Shown in pieces: positions 19,189 through 30,317 of a stretch of DNA of 64,000 bases. Source of the stretch: an uncultured Nitrososphaerota archaeon (GTDB lineage: Archaea; Thermoproteota; Nitrososphaeria; Nitrososphaerales; Nitrosopumilaceae); contig OY969559.1 in NCBI GenBank assembly GCA_963701075.1, forward strand, positions 1,216,001-1,280,000, read 5' to 3'. The notes under the pieces were generated by a model. The model did not search any database, was not told the DNA's origin, and saw only the letters and a list, made by a program, of their open reading frames with translations. A program made the translations under genes and the position numbers. Numbering within the stretch: the stretch's first letter is position 1; every line of letters begins with the position of its first letter.

Positions 19189-20719
19189 TCATTGTGATGT
19201 GATCTCCTTTGACACGATTTGACACGAATTGGGATTCGTGGCATCGTTTACTTCCTTTTTATTCGTAAAATCGCCTATTTTACTAGAGGAATCACCATCC
19301 CACGATCCCACGAGAGAATAACGCTCACCTAAAGACTCTAACTCAATCTTTAACCAACTGGCAAATTCTTCTTGTGTAAAGGCTATGTTGGTAGCTTCTA
19401 AATCAGAAAACTTCTTTTCAGTTGGAAAATATTGGTTTTCTTTATTGATATCATCTTTTGTTAAAAATCCGCTATTCAGCTAACCAATTGAGAATCTCTC
19501 TTGCCCTGTTTTCACTATAACCACTAGTTTTTACAACCTCTTTTACTTTCACTCCTCTTGCTTCCAGAGCACAGTTTTCGCTGTACAGTTTTTTTACTAG
19601 AGATAAGAGTTGCATTTGCTTTGTAGATGTTTTGTTGATTGTTTGCTTGATAGTTTGTCCTGCTATCTCTAATGCTTCGATAAAGTCCTCTGGTTTTGCC
19701 ACAATCCAATATGTGTATTCTTTTTCTGTTGAGCCAAAACTATCAGTAAGAAAATGCTTGGGTTTATTGTCTTGTAGATATGGCCTGTTCAATCCATGGA
19801 TAAATGCAATAACACAGGTTAGGTTGAGTATCTTTGCAAGGTCTCTTCTTATTTCCAGGTGTTTAGGAATGATTGAATCAAGCTTATCGGCAAATGGAAT
19901 CAAGATTCCCTCTGTATGCTGGGCCATTTTCTTTAGTTGCTTGAAAAATGTGGTCAATGTTTCGATATTGGACTCCCATTCGTCATTGGCCTTGATTTTT
20001 GAGTAATCTGACAGCGTATATTTGATAATTCGTTCTGTTTGGATATCTGACTCGTCAAGCTCCATCATGAATACTCTGTTAGCTGTCTCTGAATCAATAT
20101 CGAATTTTGTCGCAGTGGTTACAAATACCGGATATCCAGTTACAACAAAATCTTTAGGTGTATTTTCCCCTTTTTCTCCCTTATCCACGCATCCAAACTT
20201 TAAGACGCCTTCGGTTAGCAGATGCTTTAGTCTTTGAATTGACAATTGCTTGTCATCATTTACTCTTTCTAGTTGCTCAAGCTTGATTATCTTTCCATCT
20301 ACATTATGTTGTGATCTTTTGAAATGTGCTTCTGTGAAATCGGTATAATCAATCAAGTCATTTTTAAAAGGCTGTAATACATTGTTTAGCAAATAGGATT
20401 TGCCAGTACTGGAGCTGTTTGATATTATTGCACTTAATCTGTATTTCTTTGGCAGGTCTTTTGATACAAAACAGCAGGTCAGGGTCTTGAGGTTGTTTGA
20501 TTCTCCAACTATCTTGACTGAATATTTTCGTGCTATCGTGTCAAGCAATTTTGGGTCTTTTGGGTTGATTTTGTTCGTAAGTTCCTGATTTTGTGGCACG
20601 AAACCTCTTTCCGTGGGATCAGTATCTTTTTCGTGGGACGTATTAGACAAATGGCTCTCCACTAGCCTAAAGCCTCTTTTGCTTTGATCTTCCTCGACCA
20701 ATGAGGAAGAGAAATGCAA
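19189..20719 (-). pseudogene. P-loop NTPase/helicase-like replication protein with C-terminal wHTH; frameshift near 19474
   Basis: Walker A SSSTGKS, TTAT, R-finger NRVF; ORF stops at 19472 mid-wHTH, but deleting one base gives LAESGFLTKDDINKENQYFPT... to stop 19189. Confidence 0.65.
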
Positions 20720-20982
20720 GAAGAACAGACCAGATATGTACTGCCGATAGCATATGTGACTCGAAACTCTGGTTCAGAAGAACAGCATCGTAGGACTGTA
20801 CTCATTTTTGTGACACTTCCTTTTCTAAAAGAAAATTTAAAATCTCATCAAAAGTCTGATCTTTCTTACCCAGAGCGGCTAGTTTGTCACGTGTTTTATG
20901 TGATAGTGCAATTGTTGTAAAGCTAGACATGACATTATAGTTATCATAATTGCTATAAGAGAAGTAACCTTGTTAGATACCT

Positions 20983-21930
20983 ATGGAAATTGTTAAATGC
21001 CCAAGGTGTGATTTTAGTGGAGGTTCATTACACTATCGTAGAGGGAGAATGGGAACTAGACTATATCCCTACGTCAAACATTATGATCCTTCTAAGAAAT
21101 CAAAAATAAAATGGTGTTATTTGAAAACAGAAAAACTCACACAGATAGAATTTAGAGATAAAAAAATCAATACGCAGAAGACCGATCTTGCACCTGAAGA
21201 GTGGTACAAAATACCATTGTTATCGTCTAATTATAATAGTGTTGAATCATATCGGAATCGAATAGAAAATAAAAAAGTGCAAGAAGATTTTGTAGAATCC
21301 TTAGAAAAAGTAATACTTGTTCTACAGAGGATGAAAGCAAAAATGTCCGAAATTGAAAGAGTAATGAAGCAAAATGGTGAAGAATATCAAGAATTTCGTT
21401 CTACGTTATTAAAGTTTGATACGACATGGAAAGTTCTCAGTTCAATTCATAGTTCCACGCCAGAAATTAGTTTGTTACTACTAAAATGTACAGAAGCTTG
21501 GATTGAATATATAAGTGGCATATACATTTCACGTGTGAAGAAATGGCATCTCGATAAAAAACAAGCTCTTAAGATCATAAAGGGTCAAGTCCGAGAAGTT
21601 CACCCTATTTTTGATCCAAAGACAAGAGATGAAGCACTGATGTGTAATTTTCATGGTACGCAATGTCAGAAATGTAAGTCTTGGAGAACCGATCTGGCCC
21701 CTGATGGCATCGAATTCAAGTGTAAATGCTATGTATGTGATGCAAGATTTGAACGTGGAATTATATCAAAATGTGGACAGTGTCACATCCCATTTTATGA
21801 TGCGGTAATTAAGAGAATGAAAGAAACTGCCATTGAGATTCATGAAGATAAAATATTCACACGTTGCATTAAGTGTAATAATGAAATTTCTTTATCAACA
21901 AAACAGCTAGATGTGATTCAGATATGTTAA
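20983..21930 (+). CDS. Multi-zinc-ribbon protein with N-terminal CPRC...YVKHY motif typical of archaeal mobile elements
   Basis: CPRC...RLYPYVKHY...WCYL; four C-terminal CxxC pairs. Confidence 0.7.
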   Translation: MEIVKCPRCDFSGGSLHYRRGRMGTRLYPYVKHYDPSKKSKIKWCYLKTEKLTQIEFRDKKINTQKTDLAPEEWYKIPLLSSNYNSVESYRNRIENKKVQEDFVESLEKVILVLQRMKAKMSEIERVMKQNGEEYQEFRSTLLKFDTTWKVLSSIHSSTPEISLLLLKCTEAWIEYISGIYISRVKKWHLDKKQALKIIKGQVREVHPIFDPKTRDEALMCNFHGTQCQKCKSWRTDLAPDGIEFKCKCYVCDARFERGIISKCGQCHIPFYDAVIKRMKETAIEIHEDKIFTRCIKCNNEISLSTKQLDVIQIC

Positions 21931-21990
21931 TATCAATTCTTTCCGTTCTCTAGATGTTTCTTAGCTTCAGGATCTTTGCTTAAAAGATAA

Positions 21991-23097
21991 TCAATCAGCT
22001 TGTTTCTGCCTTTGGATTTCATCTTCTAGATTCTCCTTTTCTGATAACTTGATTTCCAATTCTCTATTTTGAACAAGTAACCTTTCGGAGTCATCCACAA
22101 TCAAATCCTTTATGGCCTTTTGAAACTCGGCAAAACATTGTTCTTCTGTAGGCACAAAATAGGTTCCATCAAGCCCATTTTTGTGACCCATAAGCTTCTC
22201 GGCAATATTTGAATTGATTTCCTTGTTTGCCTTGAGGATTGTGTTGAATCTCTTCCTAAATCCGTGACAGAGTTGGATATTGTATCTCGACCCGTTTTTC
22301 TCTCTGGCAAGGCCCGATTTTCTCATTAGTCGCTTGAGAACGTCCACATGACCCCTATACCTCATGGCATGCGCTAATGTTGCCCTTGTATCATATTTGT
22401 CTCTGAATAGTGGGGATTCCAGAGTGAGCATCTCGCCATCATTACGCCTTTTTTCTAGGTAGGAATCAAGCGCCTTGGCTGCCTCTGGCGACAAGAATGT
22501 TATGTATTCTTCTTTGGTGCTTTCGTAAATGACTACTCGCTTACATCCGTCTGGCATGTTTTTCAGATGTTTTATCTTCAAGCCTTCCAGTGCGCCCACT
22601 CTGACTCCGGTAGAAGCCAAAAATAGGATTATTGCCCTATTTCTGAGATCTGTGGTTACCTTCAACAACAATTGAACATGTCTGGTATCGTATGCGCTGT
22701 ATCCTGATCTTTTGATGGTTTCTGGAAACAATTTTTTGACTTTCTTGAAGTTTAGAACCCTATCATTCATGGAAAAGAATAGCTGAAGGCTGGTAAGCAT
22801 GACTGGAAATGAGTTTGGATTGAGATCTTGCGTCTTGAGAAATATGATATAGTCTTCTAGCAACTTTTGGAGCTTCATGTCTGGAATACCAGCTAATTTG
22901 TCATAATCGCTAATTTCTACAAAATCCATGAATTTTTTCAAAGTGATTCTGTAATTTCTTCGAGTATACTCTGATCTTATGGCACTCTCAAAGACTCGAA
23001 GACTCCGATTATCATTTTTTACTAGTTTTTGCGGCAATTGTTTCTTTTTTGAATTCTCTTGCTTATAGGAACTAATTCGAATAGGTGCGTTTTCCAT
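21991..23097 (-). CDS. Tyrosine recombinase/integrase
   Basis: STGVR (R), TKEEY (K), HGFRKR (HxxR), LMGH, DGTY (Y); tail possibly frameshifted, alternative stop at 21933. Confidence 0.95.
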   Translation of the reverse strand: MENAPIRISSYKQENSKKKQLPQKLVKNDNRSLRVFESAIRSEYTRRNYRITLKKFMDFVEISDYDKLAGIPDMKLQKLLEDYIIFLKTQDLNPNSFPVMLTSLQLFFSMNDRVLNFKKVKKLFPETIKRSGYSAYDTRHVQLLLKVTTDLRNRAIILFLASTGVRVGALEGLKIKHLKNMPDGCKRVVIYESTKEEYITFLSPEAAKALDSYLEKRRNDGEMLTLESPLFRDKYDTRATLAHAMRYRGHVDVLKRLMRKSGLAREKNGSRYNIQLCHGFRKRFNTILKANKEINSNIAEKLMGHKNGLDGTYFVPTEEQCFAEFQKAIKDLIVDDSERLLVQNRELEIKLSEKENLEDEIQRQKQAD

Positions 23098-23101
23098 ACC
23101 T

Positions 23102-23115
23102 TTTTTGATTTAAAT
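23102..23115 (+). repeat. Putative attR core, coinciding with the TATA-like box of the DHH gene
   Basis: Identical to 9449-9462; TTTAAAT lies ~27-33 bp before ATG 23142. Confidence 0.65.
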
Positions 23116-23141
23116 GAGGGTGGTTCTGACCTGTTAATTCT

Positions 23142-24123
23142 ATGGCAAGAACCAAAGTTGTTTGTATTTCTCACAAAGAAGATGCTGATGGGATAGGTGC
23201 CGCATCGCTAATCAGGCAAGCTTTTGGTGGAGATACCCGGCTTGTTGATTATCCTGGTCTTATGATCGAGCTTGAACAATTACGTAATGATGAGTCACTA
23301 AAAACGGTATACATATGCGATTTGGGTCTTAGTAAAACAAACCAAGATCAATTCGTTGAACTCCTAAAGGCATTAAGGAAAAAACGCGTCTCAGTGACAT
23401 ACATTGATCACCATGATCTAGAAGACAACATAAAGAAAAAAATCAAGTCTTTAAAAGTCAAATTGATTCACACAGTAAATGAATGTACGACAGTTCAAGT
23501 CTATAACGCATTCAAGTCAAGGCTAAACGATCACAGACTCTCTAATTGCTGCCTGTTCTGCAGTCACTGATTACATGGAGGATAGGCCTCTGGGCTCTAA
23601 GCTGCTTCAAAGGTTTGACAGGCAATTTATCTTACTTGAGGCAACAGTTCTTACCTTTACTATTGTTAGTCATCAAAAAGATAATGATTATTTGTTATAT
23701 CTTGTAGATGAGCTAAGCCAATTAAAATATCCGCATGATATTCCAAATACTTTCGAGTTTGCACGCATACAAGCAGAAAGAATCTCAGGAGTAATTCAAA
23801 AGGTAAAAGATAACATGAAGAAAATAAAGAACCTGGCTTACATGGAAGTTACAGATTCTGGTGCAAGCATGGTAGTTAATTTTGTCTTGGGTATGTCAGG
23901 AAAAGATGTTGGGGTGTCATACAAATTCAGAGAAGAAAAAGGGATTTACGCCGTTTCTATTCGTGGTTCAAGATCATGCAAATTGCATCTGGGTCGAATC
24001 GTCAACCAGTTGGCAACCGAGCTTGGAGGTTCAGGTGGAGGCCATGACAAGGCATGCGGTGCGGTTATACCAAAAGAAAAAATTTCTCAATTTATAAAAA
24101 AATTTAATTCCAAACTTAACTGA
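23142..24123 (+). pseudogene. DHH/DHHA1 phosphoesterase (RecJ-like) split by a frameshift near 23533
   Basis: HKEDADG, CDLG, YIDHH in ORF1; SIRG, GGGH in ORF2; removing one base restores LIAACSAVTDYMEDRP. Confidence 0.85.
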
Positions 24124-24571
24124 CTTCGGCTATCAAGTCTATCTCAACAGTAGAGTTTAACGGAAGACTTGCAACTCCGACTGCAATTCTAGAATGTTTA
24201 CCATAGTCTCCAAATATTTCAAACAACAGATCTGAGGCAGCGTTGATTATCTTTGGATGTTCAGTAAAGTCTTGCGTGCTGTTTACAAATCCTGATACTC
24301 GTACGATTCTTGAAATCTTGTCAAGTGTTCCAATCTCTGCCTTGAGTTGTGCCAAGACGTTTATGATGCAAAGTCTGGCTGCTTGTTGTGCAACCTCTAT
24401 TGATACATTTGTGGGAACCTTACCCTGAAATTCCACTTTGCCATCTTTGACTGGAATCTGACCTGAGACAAATACTAGATTTCCTGTTCTAACAACAGGA
24501 ATGTATGAACCTGCAGGTTTGGGTGGTATTGGAAGTGAAATGTTTAGCAAACCGAGTTTTTCTTCAATCAC
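24116..24571 (-). CDS. RidA/YjgF family protein
   Basis: YIPVVRTGNLVFVSGQIP, HSRIAVGV, VEID. Confidence 0.9.
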   Translation of the reverse strand: MIEEKLGLLNISLPIPPKPAGSYIPVVRTGNLVFVSGQIPVKDGKVEFQGKVPTNVSIEVAQQAARLCIINVLAQLKAEIGTLDKISRIVRVSGFVNSTQDFTEHPKIINAASDLLFEIFGDYGKHSRIAVGVASLPLNSTVEIDLIAEVS

Positions 24572-24662
24572 AATTTTTTGCTCATTGCTTGAACTTTTAA
24601 CTTTATCTTGACGCCGATTTACCAGTCTTTATCTTCATATACAATGTAAGCAGAGCCTAACT

Positions 24663-24896
24663 GTGGAAAAGTCACATAGCAAGAAAATGCAAAAGGACTT
24701 GGATATCATGGAATCAAAACTTAATGCATTCGAGGCCTCATCTGATGACAAATACCAAAAATCTATGATCGGTGTCCTAAAAGGCATAGTTGAAAATCAA
24801 AAACACCTCATAGATGAATTTGAGCACCTGAAAAAAGCAATAGATCTACTCACGCTTCAGATCTTCAAAGTGGAAAAAAGCTTCAATTCTGGATAG
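24663..24896 (+). CDS. Small coiled-coil hypothetical protein
   Basis: 77-aa ORF with heptad pattern. Confidence 0.6.
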   Translation: MEKSHSKKMQKDLDIMESKLNAFEASSDDKYQKSMIGVLKGIVENQKHLIDEFEHLKKAIDLLTLQIFKVEKSFNSG

Positions 24897-24990
24897 TAAA
24901 CTTGGGGCAAGGCGTCTTGCCATGTTTTACGACTCGGAAAGATGACATATTAATAAAAGATTAAATTCAGCACCATTTTTTGGACAACAA

Positions 24991-26097
24991 ATGTCACTGT
25001 CAACTAATCCTGACGATAAACCAATACCTGCTCGAAAAGACAAGAATCCCCATAACTACAGAAAAGTGGGGTATTCAATGATAATAATTTCAGTATCTCT
25101 GACAATAATCGGATTACTTTCGTGGAATCTTGCCAGCAATTACCATTTCTCAACTAACATAATGGCTTTACAAGAAGTAGATACCATGACACCAAGTTCA
25201 GGCTACAATATTGTTCTTTTTGATACTTCACAACCTGTTGGTGCAAAACTGAAGATGCTGGATCACGCAGATACATTTGATGCTGCACAACAACTGCAAT
25301 CCCAAGACGCAGTACAAAATCCAGGGTCAACAATACAAGTTCTAATCTTTAACGGCTCTAAAGATTATAATCTAAACCAAATGGCAGGTGCCGAAGTATT
25401 TATCCAGACTCCAAAAACAGGTTACAACGTAGTCCTTGATAGTTACAATTTGGCAGTGGGAGCAAAACTAACGTCAGGCTCATACGAAGCCACTCTTGCC
25501 AACGCTACTGCATATGAACAACTACAAACAAATCAAATACAAGGGCAAGAAGTTAAAATTCTAGTTTTTTCTTCATCATTTCCTGATAATCTAAAACTGG
25601 TAACAAATTCCAGTACGCCTGTAACAAATTATACGATGGTGCTACCGCCAAGTCCAGTCTCAAGTGCACCGCCAACATCTACAAATCAAACAACTACTGT
25701 TGCAAGTTCAGGCAGTTCTAATGCAACAGCCACTCCATCACCGCAAGTATCCTCTAACAAAACTACAGCTGTTCTAGCAACAAATCAAACTGCTGCTGTT
25801 GGAGCAAACAAGACTGCATCTGTTGCAGCAACAAACCAAACTGTAACTGTTGCAACAAACAAGACTGCATCTGTTGCACTCAATCAAACTATGGCGATAT
25901 CAAACACGCCAAACGCCACTTCTGTAGTTGCAAACAAAATATCAAGTATACCGTCTAACCAAACTAATGCCACCTCTTCAAAAACAATTAACGCAACTGC
26001 ATCTACAAAAGTTGCCATGAACACAACTGTGACTACTGGAGTCTCAAAATCAGTTAACCTAAATGAAACGGTAAGTCTTAACGTCACAGGAAAATAA
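24991..26097 (+). CDS. Membrane-anchored surface protein with Ser/Thr-rich glycosylated tail
   Basis: Single TM, three GYN(I/V)VL-like internal repeats, many NxT sequons. Confidence 0.75.
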   Translation: MSLSTNPDDKPIPARKDKNPHNYRKVGYSMIIISVSLTIIGLLSWNLASNYHFSTNIMALQEVDTMTPSSGYNIVLFDTSQPVGAKLKMLDHADTFDAAQQLQSQDAVQNPGSTIQVLIFNGSKDYNLNQMAGAEVFIQTPKTGYNVVLDSYNLAVGAKLTSGSYEATLANATAYEQLQTNQIQGQEVKILVFSSSFPDNLKLVTNSSTPVTNYTMVLPPSPVSSAPPTSTNQTTTVASSGSSNATATPSPQVSSNKTTAVLATNQTAAVGANKTASVAATNQTVTVATNKTASVALNQTMAISNTPNATSVVANKISSIPSNQTNATSSKTINATASTKVAMNTTVTTGVSKSVNLNETVSLNVTGK

Positions 26098-26100
26098 AGG

Positions 26101-26253
26101 CTAGACCAGCTCTTCGTCAATCTCATCTATCGGATCAAGATATTGTTTGCATGAACAGTTTGGTATTAGGCATCTGCCAGCTTTTAGAAAAGAATGGCTC
26201 TCACTTGAAGGCTCATGTATGGCATCAGTGTGGTGACAACGCTTACAGTTCAT
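26101..26253 (-). CDS. Small Cys/His zinc-finger protein (50 aa, not in ORF track)
   Basis: MNCKRCHHTDAIH...GRCLIPNCSCKQYLDPIDEIDEELV. Confidence 0.75.
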   Translation of the reverse strand: MNCKRCHHTDAIHEPSSESHSFLKAGRCLIPNCSCKQYLDPIDEIDEELV

Positions 26254-26352
26254 AACTGAAAGAATTTACACTGTTATTTAATATTTGAAAAAATCTCTGA
26301 AACCGGAAATAAGATAGAACACTACAAATAGTCATTTTCAATTCTAGAAATT

Positions 26353-28383
26353 GTGGAACCAAACAAGCTAATTCACGAATCCAGTCCGTATCTTCTGCAG
26401 CATGCCTACAACCCAGTAAAATGGTATCCATGGTGTGATGAAGCCCTAAACAAAGCAAAGGATGAGAACAAGCCCATATTTCTCAGCGTAGGTTACAGTG
26501 CATGTCATTGGTGCCATGTTATGGCGCACGAGTCTTTTGAAAACCAAGAGATTGCCCAAGTAATGAACGAGAACTTTGTCAATATCAAAGTAGACAGAGA
26601 GGAAAGGCCAGACATTGACGATATTTATCAAAAAGTATGTCAGTTAGTTACGGGCAGTGGTGGTTGGCCTCTTAGCGTATTTCTTACGCCAAATCAGAGA
26701 CCATTTTATGTTGGAACGTATTTTCCGCCGCTTGACAATTATGGAAGGCATGGTTTTGGAAGCATCATAAGACAGCTTGCACAATCTTGGAAGGAAAAGC
26801 CCCATGACGTAGAGGCTGCAGCTGATAACTTTGTCAACTCGTTGCAAAAAACCGAGTCTGTCTCAATGCCTTCAAAATTGGACAAATCCATACTTGATGA
26901 AGCTGCTGTAAACTTGCTTTCACTTGGGGATCCAACCAATGGAGGGTTTGGCGGTGCACCAAAATTTCCAAATGCTGCAAATCTGTCATTTATGTTGCGG
27001 TACTCTAAACTCTCTGGAATCTCAAAGTTTCAGGAATTCACACTGAAAACTCTAACAAAAATGGCAAATGGAGGAATATATGATCAAATTAGGGGAGGGT
27101 TTCACAGATATTCAACGGACGCTAGGTGGCTTGTCCCGCATTTTGAAAAGATGTTGTATGATAATGCACTACTGCCAGTTGTATATGCTGAGGCATATCA
27201 GGTATCAAAGGACAAAAAGTACCTTGATGTGATAAATCGCACATTGGAATATGTTTTGAAGGAAATGACCTCGCCTGATGGGGGATTCTATTCTGCACAG
27301 GATGCAGACTCGGAAGGTGAAGAAGGAAAATACTATGTTTGGAAAAAAAATGAGATTCGAGAAATACTTGGAAGTGACTCTGATCTGTTTTGTCTATATT
27401 ATGATGTTGTAGATGGAGGAAACTTTGAGGGCCATAACATATTGCATACCAACATAAACCTGTCTTCTGCCGCATTTCAATTTGGCAAGACTGAATCTGA
27501 AGCCAGGGATATACTAGAAAGAAGCAAGGTAAAGCTTTTGGAAGCAAGAATCAAACGCGTGGTGCCTGGTAGAGACGAAAAGATTCTCACAAGTTGGAAC
27601 GGACTTATGATAACGGGATTTCTACGGGGATACAGAGTTACAAGAGACGCTGATTTCTTAAAGGCTGCAGAAAACTGCATCAAGTTCATAGAAGAAAAAA
27701 TGGTGAAAAATGGAGAATTGTTACATACTTACAAAGATGGGCAAGCAAAACTTAGAGCGTATCTTGACGATTATGCATATTTTGTAAATGCATTGCTTGA
27801 TTATTTTGAAGCCCGACCTACCAAGAAATACTTGGATCTTGCTACCTACTATGCAGATTACTTACTGGAACACTTTTGGGATGAAAATGAAAAGAATTTC
27901 TTTTTCACTGCAGATAATCATGAAAAGCTAATCATACGCACAAAAAACATCTATGATTTGTCTCTTCCCTCTGGAAATTCTGTTGCTGCCGGGGCGTTGT
28001 TGAGACTATATCATATCACACATAATGAGAGGTATTTTGATATCTCGCTTAAGATAATGGAATCGCTTTCTACCATGGCGGCAGAAAACCCATTTGGTTT
28101 TGGTCAACTCTTAAATGTCATTTACATGTATCTTAAAAAACCAACTGAGATAACTATGATAAACTACGCCAACAAGGAATTGTGTACTTGGCTTGAAAAG
28201 AGATTTCTCCCAGAATCAATACTTGTGGGCGTAGATAGCAAAGAAAACCTCAAGGATCTGCAACCATTGCCATTTTTTGCAGGAAAAGAATTTGTAGAAA
28301 CAAAGACCCAAGTCTACGTATGCAAGGATTTTACGTGTTCATTACCACTAGAAACAATAGATGAAGTTGAGAATCTTCTCTAG
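26353..28383 (+). CDS. YyaL/SSP411 thioredoxin-domain protein
   Basis: [29 protein letters not shown]. Confidence 0.95.
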   Translation: MEPNKLIHESSPYLLQHAYNPVKWYPWCDEALNKAKDENKPIFLSVGYSACHWCHVMAHESFENQEIAQVMNENFVNIKVDREERPDIDDIYQKVCQLVTGSGGWPLSVFLTPNQRPFYVGTYFPPLDNYGRHGFGSIIRQLAQSWKEKPHDVEAAADNFVNSLQKTESVSMPSKLDKSILDEAAVNLLSLGDPTNGGFGGAPKFPNAANLSFMLRYSKLSGISKFQEFTLKTLTKMANGGIYDQIRGGFHRYSTDARWLVPHFEKMLYDNALLPVVYAEAYQVSKDKKYLDVINRTLEYVLKEMTSPDGGFYSAQDADSEGEEGKYYVWKKNEIREILGSDSDLFCLYYDVVDGGNFEGHNILHTNINLSSAAFQFGKTESEARDILERSKVKLLEARIKRVVPGRDEKILTSWNGLMITGFLRGYRVTRDADFLKAAENCIKFIEEKMVKNGELLHTYKDGQAKLRAYLDDYAYFVNALLDYFEARPTKKYLDLATYYADYLLEHFWDENEKNFFFTADNHEKLIIRTKNIYDLSLPSGNSVAAGALLRLYHITHNERYFDISLKIMESLSTMAAENPFGFGQLLNVIYMYLKKPTEITMINYANKELCTWLEKRFLPESILVGVDSKENLKDLQPLPFFAGKEFVETKTQVYVCKDFTCSLPLETIDEVENLL

Positions 28384-28700
28384 ATTTTTTTAATGTTAAT
28401 CTCTAATCTTTGCCCGACTTGAGGGCTGCCCATTCTCTCATACTTGCGCTTTGGCATGGTTATTGTTATGGTAGTCTGGGCATAGCTCTTGATTGCAATA
28501 GTTGGTTGAGCCTGAAGTATTGCCTCTAGAAATGGAAGAATCTGGTCTTTTAATTCCGGGTCTAATTTTTTATTTATGGCCTCTAGCATTAGTTGTTTTT
28601 GTGAAACTGGCTCGGTTTGCACATCTTCTGCAAGGGCAAGCTGTACTGTCTGCCCATTGTCAACTAGTTGCTGTATCTGGTATTGTATAATTTCAGACAT
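28380..28700 (-). CDS. Hypothetical protein (possible arcadin-1-like fold)
   Basis: C-terminal [15 protein letters not shown] motif. Confidence 0.55.
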   Translation of the reverse strand: MSEIIQYQIQQLVDNGQTVQLALAEDVQTEPVSQKQLMLEAINKKLDPELKDQILPFLEAILQAQPTIAIKSYAQTTITITMPKRKYERMGSPQVGQRLEINIKKI

Positions 28701-28824
28701 GAATTATGGTTCAAAGTGTCAGAATTTATCTGTATGTGATGGTTGAGTCATTTGAAATGTGACCTGTATGTAATGACTTGGCCAATGCCTGCGTGTTGGA
28801 ATAGATTGAGAAATATCTCAAAAT

Positions 28825-29679
28825 TTAACTTTGTAAAAGAACAAACCGCGAATTTTCCGTTATGTTGAATTTATTTGCAAAGCCGCCGGTTACTTCTAAA
28901 ACATATTTTGCATTTTGCATTTGGCCCGTGTAAATTGGACATGTGGAATTAGCATGGCAGGGGGACAAGTTTTTTTCAATGTCTACCACGTTGCCATTGC
29001 TGTCAAACCAAATCATATCTAGTGGAAACTGCATATCTATCATCCACATTGAAACTATCTGCGGTTGTGGGAATACGAAGATCATTCCCTGATTGTATGG
29101 AAGTTGTTGCTGAAATTGTAATCCTTCTGTCATCCTGTCTGGCGTATCTGCAATTTGGACATCAAGTGTCATGTTATCTAGTTTGATCTTGCCTTTTGGG
29201 AAATTGTCTGTTAGCAGGTTAGAGTCCTGTTCAGTGGTCTGATTTCCAGAAGGTTTGAGATTGATCTCTCCACTGTTAACCAAGTACTGTATGTCTGCGA
29301 GAAACTCGTAGTCAGAAACACTTCCATTAACCCACCAACTGGCAACATTTTTTATCCATGAGGGAATTGGCTGTTGCAGCTCGACATTATATCCATGAGG
29401 AAGCAACGCGATGCCATTTGCATCAAGATATCGTATGCCCAAAACAAATTGTGAATCTGTAAGTTTTCCTTGTACCCACAAACTTGTATTGTTTTTAATC
29501 CAATATGGAACGTATATGGAAATTATGTTGGAAGATTGTGTGTTTGAGGTATTATTGCTAGATTGTGCAAATGCTGATTTTGTCACTTGTTGATTCTGCA
29601 TTAAGGGACTGCCAGTAATTCCAAGTATGGATACTGCAAGTAACATGCCACAAAATAACGCACGTGTTTTTTGGCTCAA
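28825..29679 (-). CDS. Secreted DUF192 protein with IPSWIKN repeats
   Basis: IADTP...GL...GMIFVF...MWM..MQFPLD...YVLEVTGG. Confidence 0.85.
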   Translation of the reverse strand: MSQKTRALFCGMLLAVSILGITGSPLMQNQQVTKSAFAQSSNNTSNTQSSNIISIYVPYWIKNNTSLWVQGKLTDSQFVLGIRYLDANGIALLPHGYNVELQQPIPSWIKNVASWWVNGSVSDYEFLADIQYLVNSGEINLKPSGNQTTEQDSNLLTDNFPKGKIKLDNMTLDVQIADTPDRMTEGLQFQQQLPYNQGMIFVFPQPQIVSMWMIDMQFPLDMIWFDSNGNVVDIEKNLSPCHANSTCPIYTGQMQNAKYVLEVTGGFANKFNITENSRFVLLQS

Positions 29680-29767
29680 ATCTTATTTGCATTTTCTTGT
29701 TAGTGTATTAAAAAGTCTAATGATGACTTGGGAAAATGTCATTCTTGCCAAAATATTCTCAGTGTAT

Positions 29768-30049
29768 CTAAGGTGTTGCATCAAGTATGCTTCGTTTTAT
29801 CTGGGCTGCTCTTTTTTTAATTATTTGTGTGAATTCCTGCATGTCTTCCAAGGATGGTTTTTGCTGCAGATTGGTGTACGACTGAATAAATGCCGAGTAA
29901 ATGGAGCCTAGGATGATGCCAAAAGCAGCTGCTGAAACATCGCCTGCCTCGTCAGCATACGACTTTGCCATCTGTTTGTATGATGATGCCTCGCTTATGT
30001 AATAATCAACTAGGCTATCAATAAAGCTCCTAGTTGAGACAGAAATCAC
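29768..30049 (-). CDS. Conserved hypothetical protein
   Basis: 93-aa ORF. Confidence 0.65.
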   Translation of the reverse strand: MISVSTRSFIDSLVDYYISEASSYKQMAKSYADEAGDVSAAAFGIILGSIYSAFIQSYTNLQQKPSLEDMQEFTQIIKKRAAQIKRSILDATP

Positions 30050-30317
30050 AAACTAGAGTTGAGTCTTATTCTTTATAATGTTTAATGCTGGCAAATTAAC
30101 GTTCAATTTTAGAGAGTTTGCAAATATAATTTGACCTCATTTCTTTTGTAGAAAAATAACAACGGTAATCTGTGCCGATTGAAATTAACCGCATCAATAG
30201 GGAATGTCCCCAGTGTAAAAACTCAACTGTATTTAATACTGGCAAGAGTTACTTTTGTGGGAAATGCCTTAACACCGTTTCCATATCCTAATCAAGAAGT
30301 AGTTTTTTAGGTAAAGT

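Larger units (their letters stand above)
9449..23115. mobile_element. Integrated mobile element (integrated plasmid/ICE-like) with tyrosine integrase and defence cargo
   Basis: 14-bp direct repeat TTTTTGATTTAAAT at 9449-9462 and 23102-23115; integrase at right end; replication-like NTPase, AbrB, SIR2, HEPN cargo; housekeeping-type genes on both sides. Confidence 0.8.

Noticed and set aside
25680-26090. Tandem-like repeats in 24991..26097
   Set aside because: Ordinary low-complexity Ser/Thr/Asn glycosylated stalk
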